Shown here: piece after piece, positions 58,949 through 64,000 of the stretch
Numbering within the stretch: position 1 is the stretch's first letter
How the letters are laid out: each line of letters starts with the position of its first letter
Source: Vicinamibacteria bacterium
GTDB lineage: Bacteria > Acidobacteriota > Vicinamibacteria > Marinacidobacterales > Marinacidobacteraceae
NCBI GenBank assembly: GCA_963555995.3
Contig: OY821641.1
Span: forward strand, 320,001-384,000
Reading direction: 5' to 3'
Length of the DNA stretch: 64,000 nt
Notes under the pieces: model-generated
What the model was told of the DNA's origin: nothing
The model's database searches: none
Seen by the model: only the letters and a program-made list of their open reading frames with translations
Position numbers and translations under genes: made by a program

Positions 58949-61291
58949 CTACCGGGAGTCGCCGGGGCGCGGCATGCGGTAGCCGACGCCGCGTTCGGTC
59001 AGGATCCAGACCGGCTTCCGCGCGTCGTCGCCGAGCTTGCCGCGGAGCCGCTTGGCGAAGGCCCGCACGATCTTCGGCGTGGTGTGGCCGCGGCCGGCCC
59101 AGACCTGGCGCAGCAGGGAGTCGTAGGTGGACACCCGTCCCGCGTTGACCGAGAGCACCCGGAGCAGGTTGTACTCGGTGGCCGTCAGCTCCACCGGGCG
59201 CCCGGCCACCGTCACCCGGCGGGCGTCGTAGTCAATGGAGAGGTCTCCCAGCACGAACGGCTCCGGCGGATTCCGGCGCCGGAGCGCCGCTCCGACCCGC
59301 GCCACGAGTTCCGTGTCCGAGAAGGGTTTGACGATGTAGTCCTCGGCGCCGGCATCGAGCGCGTGGGCGACCGTCTCGCCCCGCCCGTAGCCCGAAATGA
59401 ACACCACCGGAAGGTCCGACAGTTCCGGCACGCTCTCCATCATCTTGATCCCATCGGTTCCGGGCAGCACCAGGTCGAGCACGACCAGCGCCGGCTTCTC
59501 CGTCCGGATCAGGCGCTGCACTTCGCGGTGGTCGCCGGTCATCACCGGGAAGTACTCCGCGTTCGTGAGAGCCTCGCGCACCTGGCGCAGCGTCTCGGGA
59601 TCGTCGTCCACCACCAGGATGCGGGTCCGTTCGCGTCCGTCCCGCGTGACGGACGCCGGCCTCCGCCCCACGCCGGACACGCGCACCACCCCCTCCGCGG
59701 CCGGGATCGTGAAGGTGAACCGCGCTCCCCGGCCCGGTCCGCCGCTCTCGGCCCGGATGCGTCCACCGTGCGCTTCGACGAGACCCTGGCAGATGGAGAG
59801 GCCGAGGCCGCCCCGGACCCCGCGTTCCCGGTCGCCGGAGTACTTGCGGAACAGGTGCGGCAGGCGGTCGGGGGGGATGCCCCGGCCTTCGTCGGAGACC
59901 GAGATCGCGAGGTGCGCGCCGTCGCGCGCCGCGGTCACCCGGATGGGAGAGGACTCGGGGGAATGCCGGGCGGCGTTGGACAGCAGGTTGATCAGCACCT
60001 GGGGGATGCGCTGGCGGTCGGCCATTGCCGGGGGCAGGTCCGGCGGCAGCTCGATCAGGAGGGCGTTCCGGCCACCGGCGGAAAGGAAGGTGGTTCTCGC
60101 CCGGTCCACCAGATCCGCCACCTCCGTCGGCTCGGGCGCGATCGACAGGGTGCCGGTCTCGATCCGTCCCGTATCGAGCAGGTCGCTGATGAGGCCGCTC
60201 ATGCGGTCCACCTGCTCGTCAATGATGCGGAAGAACTGCCGGGTCTCGGCGGGATCGAGGTTTCCGGGACCACCGAGCACCGTGGTGGCGGCGCCCTTGA
60301 TCGAGGTCAACGGCGTGCGCAGCTCGTGGCTCACCAGGCCGAGGAACTCGGTCCGCGTGCGTTCCAGTTCCTGGAGCGGCGCCAGGTCCTGCAGCGTGAC
60401 CACCACCGTGGCCACCGCGCCGTCCTTACCGCGGACCGGCGTGACGTTCAGCAGCGTCGTCACGCGGCGCCCGTCGGGAACCGACAGCACGATCTCTTCG
60501 GCGCGCACCGGTTCGGCGCTCTGCAGCGCCCGGGCGAGGGGCAACTGGTCGAGGGCGTACTCGCGCCCGTCGGCGCGGCGGCAGGTCAGGGTCTCCAGCA
60601 GGTCCTCGTAGGAGCGCCCGGAGTTCCGCAGACTCTCCATGATCCGCTTCGCCTCGAGGTTGAACGAGAGCGCCCGGCCGCTCTGCGCGTCGAACGTCAC
60701 GACCCCCACCGGCGAGGTCTCCACCAGCGCCTCGAGGTCGGCGCGCGCCCGCTGCTCGTCGCGGTAGGCGCGGGCGTGGGCGATCGCGGCCGCCGCCTGG
60801 GCGGCGAACAGCACCAGGATCTCTTCGTCTTCGGCGGTGAACGTGGCGCCGCCCTCCTTCCCGGAAAGGAAGAAGCTGCCGACATGGACGTCGCGATGGC
60901 GCATCGGCGTCCCCTGGAAGGTCCCGGCCGGCAGCCGGTCCGGGGAGAAGCCGAGGCCGCGGACGAAGGCATGCGTGTCCGTGATCCGGAGCGGCGCGGG
61001 AAGGTCGCGCAGGTGTTCGAAGAGGCGCGGACCGTCCGGCCACTCCACGAGCCGCCGCCTGTCCTCGTCGGAGAGGCCGGAGGTGACGAATTCCTGGGCC
61101 CTGCCCGTCTCGTCCACCGTGGCGATGACGCTGCACCGGGCCCCCGTCAGCTCCCGCGCGCCTTCCACCACCGCGCGCAGCACCGTTTCGAGGTCGAGGC
61201 TCCGGCCGATGCGCAGCATCGCCGCCGCCAGGTTGGAGACGGCGTCGGCGCCCGCGGTGTTCCCCTTCGCCGGATCGGCGGGAAGGCTCAT
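58949..61291 (-). CDS. Hybrid GAF-PAS-histidine kinase-receiver-wHTH protein
   Basis: SHELRTPL, NLLSNA, GLGL, ILVVDDD, LDLVLPG, OmpR-type ERGVGYR. Confidence 0.9.
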   Translation of the reverse strand: MSLPADPAKGNTAGADAVSNLAAAMLRIGRSLDLETVLRAVVEGARELTGARCSVIATVDETGRAQEFVTSGLSDEDRRRLVEWPDGPRLFEHLRDLPAPLRITDTHAFVRGLGFSPDRLPAGTFQGTPMRHRDVHVGSFFLSGKEGGATFTAEDEEILVLFAAQAAAAIAHARAYRDEQRARADLEALVETSPVGVVTFDAQSGRALSFNLEAKRIMESLRNSGRSYEDLLETLTCRRADGREYALDQLPLARALQSAEPVRAEEIVLSVPDGRRVTTLLNVTPVRGKDGAVATVVVTLQDLAPLQELERTRTEFLGLVSHELRTPLTSIKGAATTVLGGPGNLDPAETRQFFRIIDEQVDRMSGLISDLLDTGRIETGTLSIAPEPTEVADLVDRARTTFLSAGGRNALLIELPPDLPPAMADRQRIPQVLINLLSNAARHSPESSPIRVTAARDGAHLAISVSDEGRGIPPDRLPHLFRKYSGDRERGVRGGLGLSICQGLVEAHGGRIRAESGGPGRGARFTFTIPAAEGVVRVSGVGRRPASVTRDGRERTRILVVDDDPETLRQVREALTNAEYFPVMTGDHREVQRLIRTEKPALVVLDLVLPGTDGIKMMESVPELSDLPVVFISGYGRGETVAHALDAGAEDYIVKPFSDTELVARVGAALRRRNPPEPFVLGDLSIDYDARRVTVAGRPVELTATEYNLLRVLSVNAGRVSTYDSLLRQVWAGRGHTTPKIVRAFAKRLRGKLGDDARKPVWILTERGVGYRMPRPGDSR

Positions 61292-61497
61292 CCGGTCCCC
61301 TCGCCGCCCGTGATGCGGCGCCGCCCGGTCAGGGTGGCGGCGGGTCGGTCGGACACGATCCAGAAGGTCGCAGGGTGGGCAGAAAGTTCGCTTTCGCCCG
61401 TGATTTTACATCATCGGTTCGCGCTGCATTCACTTTTTGTCCCGGCCGCGGCGGACTCGCCACCTCCCATCCGCGTACCGGCCGGTCCGCCCGCCCG

Positions 61498-62409
61498 CTA
61501 CCCGTCGCGCCGGGCGACGAGATCCTGCTGGCGGGCGCTGTAGGCGAGCTGGCGGTCCTTCAGTTGCTGCCGCCGGGTCCTCGTCCACCAGTCCAGTTCG
61601 TCCTCGCCGATCTCGGGCGCCGCGATGAGTTCCTTCTCCACGAGCCCGAGCACGTGCATCAGGAAATATGCCTCGTCGCGCGGATACCCATCGGCCGTCG
61701 GCGTCACGCGCCAGTCGGAGCGTCCCGAGGCCAGCTCCGAGAACCCGGAGCCCGGCATGCGCACCTCTCCGAGGAGGCGTTCGCCGGCAAAGGGGTCCCC
61801 GCCGCGGGCACCCGTCATGGACGCGTGGTAGCACTGGAGGAGCCGGCGGTCGAGCGCGTGCGGCGGGCTGAAGCGGGTCGTCCCGCCGAAGGTGAGGGTG
61901 GCGTAGAAGATGCCGCCCGGGGCGACTAGCCGGCGCCCGAGCGCGAACGCGGTGCCCGGCGGGACCAGGTCCCAGAACGACTGCGCGATCAGCAGATCGA
62001 AGGAGGCCTCGTCCCGCTCCCCGAATCCATCGGGCGCGGCGGCCTCGCGCAGGCGCACCTCGAGGACCCGGTCGCGGCCCTCGCAACAGAGGCACTCCGC
62101 ATCGCGGGCGACGTCGTGCAGTCCCTCGTCCGCCGCCCAGGCGCGGACTTCGTCCCGATAGGCGTCGAGCAGGTCACCGGCCCGGTCGGTGGCGGTGAAC
62201 TCCACGCGCCGGAACGGCGCGAGGAGCCCCATCCAGGACCGGAACGCGCCTCCCGCGCCGCCCCCGATCTCAACGACCCGGACGGTCCGGTCCTCCGGCC
62301 ACTCCCTGAGAGCCCGGACGAACGCCTCCCGCACCCGCGGATTCACGGCCCGCGCATCCACGGAGCCCTTGGCCCGCAGATAGCGGAGCACGCCGCCCGA
62401 GGCGGGCAC
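61498..62409 (-). CDS. Class I SAM-dependent methyltransferase-like protein
   Basis: YL.AK.SVD.RA.N, VVEIGGGAG, FDLLIA. Confidence 0.75.
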   Translation of the reverse strand: MPASGGVLRYLRAKGSVDARAVNPRVREAFVRALREWPEDRTVRVVEIGGGAGGAFRSWMGLLAPFRRVEFTATDRAGDLLDAYRDEVRAWAADEGLHDVARDAECLCCEGRDRVLEVRLREAAAPDGFGERDEASFDLLIAQSFWDLVPPGTAFALGRRLVAPGGIFYATLTFGGTTRFSPPHALDRRLLQCYHASMTGARGGDPFAGERLLGEVRMPGSGFSELASGRSDWRVTPTADGYPRDEAYFLMHVLGLVEKELIAAPEIGEDELDWWTRTRRQQLKDRQLAYSARQQDLVARRDG

Positions 62410-62414
62410 GCTGC

Positions 62415-62501
62415 CTATTTCTTGCGCCGCTTCGGCCGACGCTTTCCGGTCGTGCCCTGGAAGATCTTGCCGCGTTTGGTTCGACGGTCGCCTTTACCCA
62501 T
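62415..62501 (-). CDS. thx: 30S ribosomal protein Thx (bTHX)
   Basis: MGKGDRRTKRGKIFQGTTGKRRPKRRKK*, matching the MGKGD.RT.RGKI..G..GK.RP signature; below the ORF-track length cutoff. Confidence 0.92.
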   Translation of the reverse strand: MGKGDRRTKRGKIFQGTTGKRRPKRRKK

Positions 62502-62661
62502 GGCACGGGATTGTAACGAGGTGGCACGGAGTCCGGGGACGTTTCGCCTCCCCTTCGGACCCTCACCGGGAGGAAACCCCGGGCGCGTGTCCTCCTGCGC
62601 ACCCCGCCGGCAATGAGAACCGCGGAAACGGCCGCGAACTCCCTTTTCTTACAATCGCGCC

Positions 62662-63417
62662 ATGCGGATTGACCTCAACTGCGACATGGGCGAGAGCTTC
62701 GGCAACTATGACCTCGGGTGCGACGAGGAGATCCTCGAGATCGTCACCTCGGCGAACGTGGCGTGCGGTTTCCACGCCGGCGACCCGGTGATCATGGACC
62801 GCACCGTGGGGATGGCCATCGCGCAGGGCGTCGCCGTGGGCGCGCATCCCGGCCACCACGACCTGCGGGGCTTCGGCCGCCGGCCCATCCAGGCGCCGCC
62901 GGACGAGGTCGAGGCCGACGTCCTCTACCAGGTGGGGGCGCTCGCCGCCTTCGTCCGCTCCCGGAACGGCCGGATGGTGCACGTGAAGCCGCACGGCGCG
63001 CTCTACAACCAGGCGGTCGGCGATCCGAAGCTCTCCGCGGCGCTCGCGCGGGCGGTGGCCCGGGCGGACCGGGACCTCGTCTTCGTGGGCCTCGCCACCG
63101 CCACCACGATGCGCGCGGCCGCCGAGGCCGAGGGGCTCCGCTTCGCGGGCGAGGCATTCGCCGACCGGGTCTACAACCCGGACGGCACGCTCCAGTCGCG
63201 GCGGATCCCGGGTTCCGTCATCCACGACCCTGAGAAGGCGGCGGCGCAGGCGGTCGCGATCGCGCAGGGAACGGTGATCGCCCACGACGGCACCGAAGTC
63301 CCGGTGGCGGCCGAGACCCTCTGCCTCCACGGGGACAACCCGGCGGCGCTCGAGAACGCCCGCACCGTCCGGCGCCGGCTCGAAGCGGCCGGGGTGGCCG
63401 TCCGCGCCCTCGGTTAG
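62662..63417 (+). CDS. pxpA: 5-oxoprolinase subunit A (LamB/YcsF)
   Basis: DLNCDMGESFG, ANVACGFHAGDP, HVKPHGALYN, EAFADR, CLHGD. Confidence 0.95.
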   Translation: MRIDLNCDMGESFGNYDLGCDEEILEIVTSANVACGFHAGDPVIMDRTVGMAIAQGVAVGAHPGHHDLRGFGRRPIQAPPDEVEADVLYQVGALAAFVRSRNGRMVHVKPHGALYNQAVGDPKLSAALARAVARADRDLVFVGLATATTMRAAAEAEGLRFAGEAFADRVYNPDGTLQSRRIPGSVIHDPEKAAAQAVAIAQGTVIAHDGTEVPVAAETLCLHGDNPAALENARTVRRRLEAAGVAVRALG

Positions 63418-63442
63418 CGGGGACCCCTCGGAGTCGGATTCG

Positions 63443-64000
63443 GTGTCCGGCAGCGGGGAGCCCCTCATCCGGAACGCCGGCGAAGCCGCCTTCTCCGTCG
63501 AGTTCGGGAACGAGATCTCCCGGGAGTTGAACGCCAAGGCCACCGCCCTCGCCGCGCTTCTCGAGCGCGAGCCCTTCGACGGCTACCGGGAGGCGATCCC
63601 CACCTTCCGCTCGGTGCTGGTCTTCCACGGCCCGGAGGCGGACCGGCAGGCCATCCGGTCCCATGCCCTCGACCTCGCCCGCCGCGCCGGCCGGGAGCCC
63701 GAGCCCGCGCCGCGCCACCTCGAGTTCCCCTGCGTCTATGACGGGGAAGACCTCCCGGAGGTGGCGGCCGAGGTCGGCGTCTCCGTCGAGGAGCTGGTCC
63801 GCATCCACTCGGAACGCGAGTACCGCGTCTTCATCATCGGGTTCACGCCGGGGTTCCCCTACCTGGGGATGGCGGACCCCCGCCTCGACATCCCGCGGCG
63901 CTCGGTCCCCCGGGTGCGCGTCCCGGCGGGGGCGGTGGCCATGGCCCGCGCCCAGACCGGCATCTATCCGTGGGTCACGCCGGGCGGCTGGCACCTCCTC
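63443..64000 (+). CDS. pxpB: 5-oxoprolinase subunit B, partial at the right edge
   Basis: YDGEDL, GFTPGFPYLG, PRR..PR.RVPAGAV, QTGIYP..TPGGW. Confidence 0.88.
   Translation, partial: MSGSGEPLIRNAGEAAFSVEFGNEISRELNAKATALAALLEREPFDGYREAIPTFRSVLVFHGPEADRQAIRSHALDLARRAGREPEPAPRHLEFPCVYDGEDLPEVAAEVGVSVEELVRIHSEREYRVFIIGFTPGFPYLGMADPRLDIPRRSVPRVRVPAGAVAMARAQTGIYPWVTPGGWHLL

Overview
GC-rich bacterial chromosome segment. Gene content suggests an Acidobacteriota- or Gemmatimonadota-like lineage (inference only). Housekeeping genes include ctaA/ctaB, a TRAP transporter, M28 and M16 peptidases, a variant cytochrome c maturation operon, gltA, ispG, pxpAB and an unannotated 28-aa ribosomal protein Thx. 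These are interleaved with toxin-antitoxin modules, DUF4143 ATPases and their truncated remnants, and about 20 copies of a REP-like palindrome (GCCGGTCT[G/T/C]nAGACCGGC), some lying inside reading frames. The main accessory feature is a ~13 kb defence island (about 34.3-49.2 kb). It holds a type I restriction-modification operon whose HsdS is fused to an intact MNT nucleotidyltransferase domain and is preceded by two HEPN genes and an AlbA_2/Schlafen-like gene. An IS1182-like element sits between hsdS and hsdR. The R-M block is bracketed by an intact and an internally deleted copy of the same ATPase locus. No rRNA, tRNA or CRISPR array was found. All family assignments come from motif recognition by eye, not database searches.
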